A DNA stretch of 64,000 bases, from the NCBI RefSeq assembly GCF_009914755.1, contig NC_060945.1. The stretch is one strand, 5' to 3'. Position 1 is the first letter of the stretch. Each line of letters begins with the position of its first letter. This document shows positions 28,421 through 46,020 of the stretch, piece after piece. The notes under the pieces were generated by a model, which was given only the letters and a program-made list of their open reading frames with translations, was not told the origin of the DNA and made no database searches. Origin of the DNA: the human T2T-CHM13v2.0 reference genome, Homo sapiens. The translations under genes were made by a program, and so were the position numbers.

Positions 28421-29740
28421 AAAAGGGGAGAGTTTTGGTCTGCAGAGGGGCCCAGGGCCCAGAACCTGCTGGTGCTGAGAGGCTCAGCTGAGGCGTTTGG
28501 ACTGAATGCTGCATAGCAGTGAGCATTAACCTGTGCTCCGGTGGCAAGAGTCTTGGGGCAGTTGGGTTTGAGGGGTAGGGCTCTTAGCCTCCACCCATGC
28601 TGCAACCAAGCTCTCCACTTTGTCTGCGTTAAATATCGAGCTTCTGCTTGAGCTTTCCTTCAGAGCATAGTTTCTTTAATTTGAAAACTACCGGAATAGA
28701 TGAAGAAGTGTCAGTATGGTTTTGACCAGGGAGTCGCTTTAGCCAATCCCTTGGGGGTAATGCAGAGGGTTGCCTCAGTGGCCAGAGAAAAGCAGAGATG
28801 GGGCTCTTCCCTGGATGCATCTCCACAGGGTTGCGTGGGGCTTGATGGGTGCCAAGTGCGACAGACACACAGGGGCTGGGGGACACAGAGGACAGGGTAA
28901 TAATTCCACCAGGCACAACAGTAATATTGGCAGGGGCACATTAGGAAAATCAGGACGAAATACACACGATGTCCCAGGGTTTGTTTCACCAAACACTAGC
29001 TTCTGGGAAAGAATTTATCTTAGGCACATTTTTACATGACTTTTGTTCATGTTACAGTATGAGGCAACTCACGTGTCATTTTAAACCTTGGCTTCCTGCA
29101 CGCCTCGGTAGAGAGGGACAGCTGGCTAAGCCACCAGCCCGAGATTCCCTGGTGGGGAGGAGTTAGAGCCGAGCCGAGGCACTGGAGTTTGGCAAAGCCA
29201 ACCCATGCAAAATGGACCACTGAGAACACGAAAAACTCTCACGGAATGTTTCTTTAGTCCAACATGGAACTTTATCATGAATGATCAAACTCCTTTTATT
29301 AAGACTCTTAGAGCTGTGACAAGGGGCAGGATCAACTGCTCTGCAAGTCCCTAATTCCCTTTCGTTTTTTTCAAGTTCCATGAAGTGCAAGGTACAAACA
29401 GGTATCAAAGGAGTCCCACTTGGGTCAGTAGGTGTGGAAAGGAGCGGAGCTGACCCATTGCTGGGATCTGGCCATAGGCAGAACATTGTGGGAGAGATGG
29501 GGAAAGAGACAGGAGGGGGAGAGCGAGAAGGAGGAAAGGGAGCAAGAGAGTTAGGGAGAGAAAGAAAGAGATGGAGAGAGAGGAAGAGTGGGAGGGAAGA
29601 AGAGAGAAGATCACTCCAAACCCATGGTACTATCCTTGGGTTATGCCTGATATGCCTGACATCTTGAGTGGCCCTGGGGCAGGGTGTTGCGCTTTGAAAC
29701 AATTCATGCTCTCACTTGTAGAAAAGGCCGACTTCTTTGG

Positions 29741-29793
29741 ACACAGACACACATAAAAAAGAAACCAAGGCCATATCAAATTTTTCTTTTATT
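29741..29793 (-). terminator. Distal cleavage/polyadenylation signal of KCNJ6
   Basis: Minus-strand AATAAA (29793-29788), then a U/GU-rich downstream element ttttttatgtgtgtctgtgt (29760-29741) about 30 nt later, with AU-rich sequence upstream. Confidence 0.75.
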
Positions 29794-30727
29794 GTTCCAG
29801 TCAAAAAAAGAGGAACACCTCAATATGTAAACAGTTTCCCTAACACAGCGAGTTCTTAAAGATATATATATATATATATATTTTTTTTTTATTTTAAAAA
29901 AATTTGGCATTGTAGTGATTTCTCAATACATAATTTGTGCTTTCGCATTGAGCATGCTTTCGTCTCATTGTCCGTGCACAGACATACTTGGAGTTGAGTA
30001 AAGGGAGTTACAAAAGGACCAAAAAATGGGACAGGAGCCAAACCAGTACTTGAGCCCTACCTGGTGTTCCTTCCTAAAAAGCATGGTGGAAAAGTTGGCA
30101 AGATTGACCTCAGAAGCAAATCTTAGTGACTTTATTCCAAAGAAATCTTAGAAGCCTTGGTAGCAACTTTTGAAAGAAGCATTTCTTGTTTTCTTTCTGT
30201 TCATCCCTAAAGGATCATTGGTTTTGCTTGGAGAAAACTTTAGTTATTTTGTATGTTATATTTCTTAATATCCCTAAGTCCCTTCTAAAATAAACTCTTG
30301 TTTTGTGATTTTGCTGGACACATGATGGTTTACAACTACATGCTATTGAAATTCCACTAGTGATTTATTCTGCTTTTTGCTGAATCATTTCAAAGTGCTT
30401 GACAGTTGTGTAAAGACCTTTTGGTTTTGTCCAGTGAAAATTATTTTTTAATTCAATACTAAAGACTTCAGAGCCTTTAAGATGCAATGATGGGTTTATC
30501 AATAATACTGTTCATGCTATTCGTTTCTTAGTCCTTGTCCTTAGCCTGAAATTCTAAGTCTCTATAAATTAGCACCAGTTTTCCAAATGCATATTTTATC
30601 AAATCCTATGATCCTAGGCTGGTCTAGGTACCATCCCCCAATCTTACCTTGTGTGTTTCTGTTTTAAGACCCTCTCCCATGCTGGCCTTGCAAACTGAAA
30701 TGCCTTTGCTTTTGGATCTCTCTCTCT

Positions 30728-30858
30728 CTTTTTAAAATAGAGATGGGGTCTTGCTGTGTTGCACAGGCTAATCTTGAATTCCTGGGCTCAAGCAATCCTC
30801 CCACCTTGGCCTCTCAAAGTGCTGGAATTACAGGCATGAACCATTGTGCTTGCCTGCC
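30728..30858 (-). mobile_element. Alu monomer (FLAM-like)
   Basis: tagagatggggtcttgc...gaaccattgtgcttgcc, a single arm. Confidence 0.85.
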
Positions 30859-32639
30859 CTTGGATCTCTGTCTCCAAAACCTAAGCAGTCTTTGAGAAAT
30901 GTCAGGGCAAATGTCCCTTTCTTCCTCATGAGGCCATTTCTTACTGCTTACGCAGAAACTGATCTACTTTCTTTACATTCCAGCAAATTTGTTGTGCCTG
31001 TCCCTCTTCGTTTAGGTATTTCTAAAACTAGACTCAGTTACTTCACGTGTGAAGTGGGAAGCAGTATTTTCTCACAGGGTTTTGTGTGGTTCGATGCACT
31101 TAGCGCAGTGTTGTTGCATGGTAAGGGCTGGCAGCCATGGGATTACAGGCTTGTTGAGGACAGTGGGGGATGTTACTTTTTCTCAGAGTCTTCATAGTAA
31201 CTTGTCAAGGACATCACTCACTGTACTGCAAGTGTTCACTGAGTGCTCATGGCCAGCACTCAGGCAAGTGAATACACATTTGGAGTAATAAAATATGGGG
31301 CATCAGCTAACTTTCAGAATATTTTGAGTGGAGTTTTGTCCTTGTCTAGTTTTAGTTGCCTGTTGGGATCCCTGAGTATAAAAATACAAGTGTGTGCCTG
31401 CTCCCAGCATTGACGAGCTTCATGAACCTTGAAAATGGAACACTTTATTTCTCTGTAGGATGTGAGCATTTGATAAAGAACTCAAGTTCCTGAAAAAATT
31501 TCTGGAGACAAAGTTGAGGATCAAGTATCATCTGTGCTTCATTTCTTTTGGGAAGATGTGCGTTCTCTAGGTGTGGATATTGGAGTTGGCACACTGACAT
31601 GCACCCTAATGACCCTCAGCTTGGGGACCCAATTCTGACACCTGCTGGGCTTTGCTTTCTTTGCTTAACTAGTTCTTGAAAATTCTGTGTGATGGTGAGA
31701 ATAAGAAGTTCCAGGTACATAGAAACATGAATGTCCACAAACATGCAACCCCCAAACTAGATGCAGTCTTATCTTCAATCGCATAGATTCAAAATTAAAG
31801 AGACTATTGAAACCTTGGCACTGCTAGAGACTTTTGAACTAATAGCTTTCTGGAATAATTTTCTATCCTAAGAAATAGCTCACAGAACAACCCTATATTT
31901 TACTGGGCCATAGTAAACATTTTGGGCCTTAATATAATGCCATTTTATTAGGAAAGACAAATACAATGAATTATCTTATGATTAATAATGAAAAGTGGCC
32001 ACTATTTTCCATTACTGGTATATAACTAAAATAAAGCAGTAGTGCTACGGTTAAAATAAATCAGCTTAATTAAAATATTATGGTTTAAGCTTTTTGCCTC
32101 CTTAATTATCCTGTCTGGTTTAGTTTTTGTTTTGTTTTTCTGACTGGGGCCCTAGGTGCATGCTTTAGGGAGGGTAGAGCTGGATTTGGGTTAAAAGCAA
32201 ATTGTCAGTAGCCTGCTGGAGCTGAAGGAATTGCTCATGGATGAGCTGGCGAGATGCAGCCTCACATTTATTTTCTATCAATGATGCTGACCTTCCTTGG
32301 ACATTTTTCTACTGCAGAGAAGACCACAGTGCATGTCCAGTAGCACCTCATTTATCTAGAAGGCACCTACCTCACAGCTCATCTCTCTGCTACCGGGTTT
32401 AGTGGTGGTAATGACAGGGGAGCAGGACGTGGTCGGTGGGTGCTGTTGGAGACAAGTGTGTGGCTGGTAGTTAATTTCCCTGCTGCCAGCAAGGGAATCA
32501 GTTAAATGATGAAAACAGCTGAGACTTAAAGCTGAACCATCTGGGGTCATTTAGTGTAGAGGTACAGTCTAGAACTGATGGTGGTGTAGGTTGGAATGGA
32601 TACTAGAATTATTAAAGCAGAGACTATGGGGTTCAAATG

Positions 32640-36482
<3,843 letters not shown>

Positions 36483-36759
36483 AAGTTTTTAAAAAAGGGG
36501 TGGAGGAAGCTATTTCCGACCAGTGAAATGATATACCCAGGACGACATTGCTCATCTGGGGGCAAAACCTGGTCTTCTGAGTCCAGGGTTCCTACCAAAC
36601 ACTGGAAGAAAGGCTGTTGCCTGCAGGTTCAGGGAAGTGTATGGTACATTTTTAAAATAATGCCACAGTGCATGCAGGGGAGGAACGCCAATCTTAAGGC
36701 TTTGATTTCTGGAAATTTACTTTTGTGGTGTCACTCATAACTGATTGGAAAGGATAAGA

Positions 36760-37243
36760 GTGTGTGTGTGTGTGTGTGTGTATCTGTGTGTGTGCGTATG
36801 CATGTGTCTGTGTCTGTGTGAGTATGCGTGTATCTCTGTGTGTATGCATGTGTCTGTGTGTCTGCGTGTGTGTGTATGCATGTGTCTGTGTGCGTGTATG
36901 CGTGTGTGTGTATGCATGTCTCTGTATGCATGTGTGTATGCATGTCTGTGTATGTGTGTGTGTGTATGCGTGTGTGTATGCATGTGTCTCTGTGTATGCA
37001 TGTCTGTGTATGCATGTCTGTGTATGCGTGTGTGTATGCATGTGTCTGTGTATGCGCGTGTGTGTATGCATGTGTCTCTATGCGTGTGTGTATGCATGTC
37101 TTGGTGTGTGTATGCATGTGCATGTATGTGTGTGTGTGTATGTGCATGTCTCTGTATGTGTGTATGCATGTGTCTGTGTGTATGTGTGTGTGTATGCATG
37201 TGTCTGTGTGTGTATTTGTGTGTGTGTATGTGTGTGTGTTATG
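36760..37243. repeat. Complex (TG)n repeat interspersed with TATGCATG
   Basis: About 480 bp of near-continuous purine/pyrimidine alternation. Confidence 0.97.
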
Positions 37244-37651
37244 TAGGGAGAGGGTGCTTATATTGTTACTGTGTTACTTATGAAGGACTGGGGACATTAT
37301 TGTTGCATAGTGTAACATTCAGAGGAATCCTCATTCTTCTAGAAAAGGAAAAAATCTCTATGAAGGTGCACACAGGGAGGAACCATGTGATAACAGGCCA
37401 CATGTTTTGTTGATGCCTGTTGTCACAGAATTAGAAAATACACAGAAGAAATTCTTACAGTGCAGTTGTCGAGATTGCGGAAAGTTCTCATCTACCCTCT
37501 AATGCCCCATGAGACACAGCAAGCTGACCAGGTAAACTATGGACCCTGGGATCTTGTTAGGCCTGACTCCCACAGTGTGGGCATGGTTCAGGGATTTGAA
37601 TATTAATGTCCTCTTTCTGAAATCAGACCCTCGACTGACATTCCCAGCATT

Positions 37652-37791
37652 TTTTTTTTTTTTTTTTTTTTTGAGACGGAGTCTCGCTCTGTCGCCCAGG
37701 TCGGACTGCGGACTGCAGTGGCGCAATCTCGGCTCACTGCAAGCTCCGCTTCCCGGGTTCACGCCATTCTCCTGCCTCAGCCTCCCGAGTA
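37652..37791 (-). mobile_element. 5'-truncated AluYb8-lineage element
   Basis: Diagnostic 7-bp duplication ggactgcggactgcagtggcgcaatc and ctccgcttcccggg; pure T tail; TSD cccagcatt (37643-37651 / 37792-37800). Confidence 0.95.
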
Positions 37792-39329
37792 CCCAGCATT
37801 CTTAAGCAGTACCATGTCCAGAATTTCTCCAGGGTTTGTGTTCAGTACGGTGGCTGCAGAATTGTTACTGGTGAGCAGAGTTTATTCTTGCCTGGTCCAT
37901 GGGGCCAGACTAAATTGAGCTCTGAAAGTTTCAGTGGTAAATTCCACTTTACCTTTTATGCCAATATAGGGGAGTCTATTCTCAAGTTCAAAGCCAAATG
38001 GAAAATGGCAAGTTCAAGAAGAAATAGTATTCTGGAACTTTGCTCTGGGGGCAAAAATGAGTATTTCTGATTTGAAATCAGGTTTTCTGAAAGAATCCAT
38101 AAGTAAATTTTAAAATTGCTTTTGTTTATATTTGTGCTTATTAAAACACTCCCTGTTCTGGACCAATCTTAATCTTCTAGGCAGAATTTATTTAGTGTTA
38201 AGAAAATGGCAACTCTTTGGACATCTGTTACATGGGATAATACAAAAATAATTTCGAAAATTTTTTAAAGGCAAATGTGACTGGAGTGTGGGCATGAGTG
38301 TGATATGAGGATGATGGCTTGAAGAAGAGCCTTTTAAGAAGCAATTTGGCCACCTAAGTGCATCCCATCTTAGGAAGAAAGGATGGGAATACCCCAGACC
38401 TGGCGTGCGGAGGGAGCTCCTGGGTGCTGGGTCCTACTCCACATTGCCTTGGGTTCTCCCAAGGCTGTCTGCAGGTGGAGCAGCCCTAGGGACCCTCCGC
38501 CCCATGGGGCCTCTGCCAGGTCTCCTCGAGCCTGCGGGAGAGTGGTCCACACTGAGAGGCTGGGAGTTACCATGGCAGCCAAGCACATCCTCGGTAACCA
38601 GGCACCCACAAGTGCTGGGAGTTTCCCCAGAGTACAGTCTGTGCAGACAGTGGGAAAGGAAAGAGCACTTTGCCAACACAGGCAGACACTTGGGGAGTCA
38701 ATCATTTTGGAATCCTATGAACTTGTGAGTTCACTGTTGTCTCTGTGTGGCTCTTGGTTAAGACGAGGAAGCACTGGGCTGAATAAAGATGTTCAGGAGC
38801 TTCTTTGGCAAGCTGGTCCCCTAATGGCATGCTGCAAAGGACAAGAAGATCCCACTGGACCAGTCCAGCTGTCCTTTCAGCACAAGACCTAACTTTATGC
38901 TGCTCTCGTCAGTTACCGGGCTGAGACCATGTATACGCCCAACCATCACTCATAGACTCTCTGGGCAATTATGAAGCAGGAACAAAATGTACTTTTATAT
39001 ATATATATATGGTTAGACTCTGAACATATACGCTCGGTTAAAATTGGTGGTGGCTATTAAGTGGTAAGGAATAGGACTAACCCCAATAATAGGTTGCTGG
39101 ATTGTGGATGCTCAAAAATGATATTAACCTTCCAACGGGGGTGCCAGGAAAAGTGAAGTTTTCATGGTGAGATGAGGGAGCAAATTAAGAGAGAGCAGCT
39201 GGGGGGAATGGTTGGCTGACAATCTGCCATCACCCGAAAGCTGTGTGGGCACCAGGAGACAGCATAAGTTGTGTCTGTCAGTGCTGCAATGCAGAGTTCC
39301 TTGCAGATAATAACGGGACTTGAAATTGA

Positions 39330-39888
<559 letters not shown>

Positions 39889-42604
39889 TTGTGAGATTTC
39901 TTAGCCAGGGTGGGATTCTATTGGTTGTGGGGTGGCTCAAACAAACCAAACTCCCAGCCTTACTCAAAAAGAGGGACCAGGTCAGACTATCTGGAGAGAG
40001 TTCTGCCATTGGCCCGATGACTGAGTCTGTGCCCACGGCATCGTGATACCAAAACGTGAGACTTCCTAGAGAAAAGAGAATTAGATATGTCATGAAAAAG
40101 AAAAGCACTGAGATCATCACCATGAGAAAATCAGAACTTTTGGGGATTTCCTTACCCTGACTCCATTTATTTTACTTGGACTTTCACATGGGAGGGCACC
40201 CCTGTGCTTAGCAGATGCTAAAGGTCTTAATTTAGTCATCATTCCTGACCCAGGGAGGTGCTCTGTGGGGTCAAGGGTGTGGGGCAAGTTAAGCTTGAAA
40301 GATACAGGGTCCCCCGGAAGATACTTCTAGGGGGTCATTGTCCAGATGGGCAAGAGCCAGACCCTGCAGGGAGAAGCTCCCCTAGAGAGACCTCAGTGGG
40401 TGGGCATGGCTGAGGATTTTGTTCTGCCCAAGTCTGAGCTACGGGAGGGTATTTCTCATACCCATGCCCACAGTCAGCAATGCTGAGAGATGATGTCAGG
40501 GCGATGCCCATGATGGCCGGATCTGAGGACAGTGCTCCTTCCCCTCTTCTAAGAAGACTGGCTGAAGACCCAGAGGTTTGGGTAATGCACGGCTGACCGA
40601 AACTCTGATCTCTGCACTCCAGTTGATCGAGTTCTACTAGTTGTGTTTAGTGATAAGACCCAAGACTGACATACTCCATAAGGCATTCAGCCTGGACTAG
40701 GCTCTTTGTAGCCAAAAGTCTGCTCCTAGGCTCCTGGAAGACCTTGCCCTTTTGCTTGAATGTTTTGTGATTTCTATCAGAGTTTTAGAAACGATGATGA
40801 TTACATGTTTATTTCACTAGTGCTTGTTGGTAGCAGATATTTACATTGCCTGAGAAAAACAGCCCTTCATATTCTTATAAAGATTGGCTTAGTTGATATC
40901 ACAGTATTGATGATCGGTGTTAAAACAATGGGCACTGAGCCTTAATCTTGAAATGGGCAATTACACAAAGTCGGTAGGAACATTTCATTCTCTGAAATCA
41001 AGATCTGTTTACTATGTGGCCACAATTCTCCGGCCAACCACAGTGCATGTTGGGATTTGCGTCTAGGGGGTATAGTGTCTAAAAATAACTCTATAAATAC
41101 CGTTTTCATCAGTGATAAATCTAATCTCCATCACTTAATCATGTTGACCACCCCAGTGAAATATTTTTGTGTGCCTTTAAAGTATTTTGCCTTCCTTTTC
41201 CTAGGACTCTCTTATTGAATTAGGTGGATACATGAAGCTTTCTTTTACCAAGGCAATGAGGCCAAGTAAAAGTTTGACTCCTTTTACATTTATTTAAGTT
41301 TTATGGTGTTGAACTTTGAGATTTGTTTCCTCCCACTTAGTTGTTTCCTCCCACTCTTCCATGCAGTTGAAGGGTCACAAGCTTTTTCCATGATCTATAT
41401 TGTAGATACCATTACCTACTTAGTTTCAGACGCAGGATCAAATCCATCCTTTATCTGTCGACAATATAACAACATCACAATGATTTGTTACATTGTTACT
41501 TTTTTTTCTTTCTCATCTGATTTCCAGGAAAGCACTCATAAGAGAACTTGATATGTTTTTCCATAGAACTAAAAAGATAAGGAACCTAGCTTGGCTGACT
41601 ACCTCTGGCATTAGAAATGCTTCCTTAGAAGACAAGGGAGTTCAGCTTAGTGACACAAAGAATGCCATTTAATATTGACTCATCTAAAAACCCCAAGGTC
41701 TGGACTTTTTCCATCCATTATGTCTGTAATTACCAATCTTTGTCTTTGCTTCAGACTCAGAAAGCGCAAGAAATCCAACAACCCTTTACTATACTTCCGT
41801 GTCTCCCTGAGCTCTTTTCAAAGGACCTTTTGGTTTTCCATAAGAAGCATTTAGTTCTTTAATTACACATTAAACTTCTAGCTTAGTGGCTAGAGAGAGC
41901 AAAAACTAGCGCAATTAAACATGAGCTAGTTCCAGGTTCACGTTCATCACCTTGATCAGTTGTAAACTGTAGGCTAGAGAAAACTAGCAAGAAAACAGAG
42001 GGAGACATCTGGGCCACCTATTTAACTCTCCTCCAAGAGAGCCTAAGAGAGAAGCCATGTGGAGGAGCGAGGCGGGTTTGATGTGTGGCAACCACTGCAG
42101 GTCTGGGCTGCTTTGCTGAGCAGAGACTGGCAGCCTGAGCTATGTACATCATCCAACGCCTGAGGGTGCCACTGAAGCAATATTTCAGCGGCTGGGCTGG
42201 GAATGCCCATTTCTCTGTAGTTCATTAAGGAGTAATTTTACTGTATCCACTTTCTGAGTTGACCGCTAGATCCTGGCTGGCTGTTGACTCTATTTGCCAC
42301 TCTGGAGGAATGGCATGAAAAGGAAGGATTCTTCCTTTGAGACCCTAACTGAATGACTGGGCTCTCTAAGTCTTGTGAAGCAGTTGTCTCTTTGACAACC
42401 GAAAAAAAAGAGTTATGTTATTTTGAACAGACTTATGAGTGACTTCAATAATTTATGCTAGAAAAAAAGTCATTCTTCTATATTGCCTAGGACTCTCTTA
42501 AGAGTACAGTACAATATTTCATAGTACTTAGTACTCTTACATACTATTATTAATAGTACTATTACTAGTACTTAATAGTACCAATAGTACTTAACAGTAC
42601 AGTA

Positions 42605-42945
42605 CAGGGGTCAGCAAACTTTTTTTATACAGGGCCAGATAGTAAATATTTCAATCTTTGCTGGCCACACGGTCTCTGTTGTAATTACTCAGCTCTGTGA
42701 GTGCATGTGGAAGCAGCCATAGGCAATACACAGACAAATGGCTGTGGCTGTGTTCCAATAAAACTTTGTTTGTGGACATTGAAATTTGAATTTAGGATGA
42801 TTTTCACATGTCTCAAAATATTCTTCTTTTCTTTTTTTTCCCCCAATTATTAAAAAATGTAAAAATTGCTCTTAGCTCACAAGTGGTACAATAACAGGCA
42901 GCAGGCCAGATTTTTTTTTTTTTTAGCAGATTTGGTTTGCTGAAA
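42605..42945. mobile_element. MER58 (hAT-Charlie)
   Basis: caggggtcagcaaacttt...agggccagatagtaaatatt...gtgttccaataaaacttt. Confidence 0.85.
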
Positions 42946-42969
42946 TTTTTTGTAGTAAAAATAGCCCAC

Positions 42970-43140
42970 AGCTTAGGGCCCTGTGACCTGGATTTGAGAC
43001 AAGGAGCTATGATTCACTGGCCTTTAAACTTGGCCAATTTGCCCAAACCCTAGTTTTCCCTCTATAAAATGTAAATTATAATACTCAACCTCTCATGGTG
43101 AATTAGAATGAAATAAGATAATTTGTACAAGTGCTCTTAA
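42970..43140 (+). mobile_element. MIR
   Basis: gttttccctctataaaatg...gaatgaaataagataat. Confidence 0.6.
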
Positions 43141-45969
43141 TGCTCTCAAACACCACACCATGTTGGGTAAAATATTGTTGGGTTATTATTATATATTCTG
43201 TGATTTATCAAAATCTCTTAGCAGCCTTCTGACAGAATTTTGACTTCTAGATGACACTCTGCATCTAAAGCACTCAAGACATTAAAGGCAGAAATATTAG
43301 GAAGAGGCGTGCTTTACTCAATTTTAAATTAAAGGCTAACATTTTCTTAGATACCGGTTGGCCATAAAGTTCAGAAACAAGATAATGTTATTTTAGTGTA
43401 TTGTAAAGTAATATCAATGAATCATCTATTATGTATATGTTACCTATGTTTTTCAATGTTAAAGCCATCCATTGAAAGGAAATCATCCTTGAAGATAATG
43501 TTTACAATATATAGAGGACACTGAACTTTCAACTACCTTCCTGACATTTTTAAATCATACAGAGTATCACCCAAGTCAAGGAAAGAAAGACTGAAGAGTA
43601 GCCAGACTATTAGCAAACTGTTTTGGAAATGATTTACTATGAGTATTTTAATTGTATTCTCTCAGCAAATCAAATGATTTCCCATTCTTCTGGTGAGTTC
43701 AGGTAGTTTTCTAATAGCATTCTTATGCCCCCTTTCTCTGTCCACCAGTTCCCACCTTTGTAAGCAGTTTCTAAATATCCCAAAGACACTGGCTTAAATC
43801 TAAATAAAAAAGCAAAGGGGAAAAAAGTAAGAAAACTGAAATGTAAGAAAATGTAGGGATGGAAAGCATAAGAATGTTGCTCTGGAGAATTCAAAATTTA
43901 GACTATTAAATGAAGTCATGAATAATTTTTAAATTGGAGTGCAGTGAAAAATAGACATTTCAGAGCCCTAGCTTGGTTAGACCTGCAAGAGAAAATTGTG
44001 CTTAAGAAATAGGTTGACATTTGCAGCTGGATTTCTGTTAGGGAACATAAGGTACTGAACTAAAACAATAGAATTGGAACTGGAGAACCAGGGAAACAGC
44101 AAAGGATGGGGATAGATGGAAGAACGGAGTGGGGGAAGAGAGAGTTCTGCCTCATGGACATAGAGGGGATATATGCTGGAACAACCAGGCTGGAAGGCCA
44201 TGTTTGAAGGAACAGAAAAGTTGACATTTGCTATGTTAATGTAAAAGAGTATAGCTTACCCAGGGGACAGCTAAAACAGAAATGATTTTATTGGTTCCAT
44301 AAAGTTGATTTATAAATGAATGGGTGCTCTTCCAGTTGGAGAGCACGTTGGGGTGGGTGGAGGTGAGAATCCGAGGAACTCAGCAGCCTTGTGGTGGGGG
44401 GTCATGCTTGCAGCTGAACCTGCCCTTCCATCCAGGAGCACTTTGTTCTGTCAAATTGGGGTCAACTGTGGCAAACCATAACCCTTAAATTCCAAATTCT
44501 TATCTGGCTCACGGATCCCACCATGCTTTATGGAAAAATGACTCAAATACATTAACCAAACAGACCAAAGGATCTAGTTGAGAGTGATCTTCATTAGTTA
44601 TGGATACTGTTGTATTAAAAGAGACTTTTAAAAAATTCTCATTGCACTTGGTTTGCTAATGGAGTGACTGAGGGAATGAGGACTGGATATTGCGGAATAG
44701 AATGAGTGGAAATTGTGGGGTCAATTTTGTTGAGCTGTCTTAATGGAAAACACCATTCACTCACTACTCGCTGCTTAGAAAATCAGTCTCAATGAACTTT
44801 CAGTTCCAAATTTTAACAGTTGACACAAAATACACTGTTAAACTGTGTTAACAACTGTAGAAAAATAGACATGTTTGATAGGGACATTCTAGTAAAAGGT
44901 TCTTCAGGAGCATCCCCATGTAAAGATTCAGAGGCTCACATTACAAAAACGAGATTTGGTTCAAGTTCTGTCTCCAACTACATTGACAACAAAGACAGTG
45001 AGAAACAGGGAGAGACCTCACATCTGGGTGCCCGTCACAGACACAGAACTGACAGGTGCACGTGGCCAACGTGTTGTCAAGGCTCTTCGTTCAGTTGTGC
45101 TAAAGGGCAGGCAAGCAGGGATGAGGCCCTGAGCTGCTTGCTCTTCCAACCAGACACGGGGGTGTGCGCTGTCCTTTAAACCTTAGCAATGGAATTAAAA
45201 AGGCCCAGTGAGTCTTCAAGAGCTAAATTAGAAGACATTTTGCCGCCCCTATTCCATCTTGTTTTGTGCCTGCCATGGCCTGCCCTGCGACCCTGGCAAG
45301 GTTGCAGGGGAGCTCCCCAAGCCAAGAGTGCCCTTCATTAGGCTGCAGAGAGGTCAAGCCATGGCTCCTCCCCGCAGCCTCAAGGGGAGTGTATCGAGCT
45401 TCCTCCTCCCGGACCACCACCTCCTTCTTAGAGTGTGCGAAATAAAGAAATGATTCAACAGAGATTCAATGCAAAAAAGGAAATGCTGGCAAACAGGAAA
45501 GGGCTATAGCCAACAGTTTTGTTTTCCTTAAAGTCAGTGCCAAGAGGCAGTTGTCCTGATCCAAGGTCTCTGAGATGGGAGAAGAGAGGCCCCGAGGTTA
45601 TATTTAGGAGCCACTTTCCTTATCCTGGGACTTCTTTTTTAGTAGACAAGGTCCCCAGACTACACCAAAGGCCTGTGCGATCAGGTCAGGGAAGGCAAGG
45701 GAAACAAAGAGGGACAGCTAGTTTGATCTCTTTGACCTCCATGGTGCAGAGCCTCAAACTGAGCACAGCTGTAGGAGCTGAAAATAAACTTGGATCCATT
45801 CAATGAATATTTATGATGGGCAACTGTGTTAAAGAACAAACAGCTTATAAATGCAAAGTGAATGTGAAAGATCTGTAACAGTGCAAAATCTCCACCTGCC
45901 CCGGAGGTTTGATCTAAGATTTGTTTCCTTATTTTTTTCATTTTAAAATTCAGATTTCCAGTACAAATA

Positions 45970-46020
45970 CCCTTCCTTCCTTCCTTCCTTCCTCCCTCCC
46001 TTCCTCCCTTCTTTCCTTTT
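45970..46020. repeat. (CCTT)n microsatellite
   Basis: Read directly from the sequence. Confidence 0.9.

Noticed and set aside
36694-37413. Six overlapping long ORFs (HT- or CV-rich, up to 222 aa)
   Set aside because: Artefact of the stop-poor TG/CA repeat.
38370-38892. 169-aa ORF in GC-richer unique sequence of the UTR region
   Set aside because: No recognisable homology or domain, and overlapping ORFs on both strands suggest chance.
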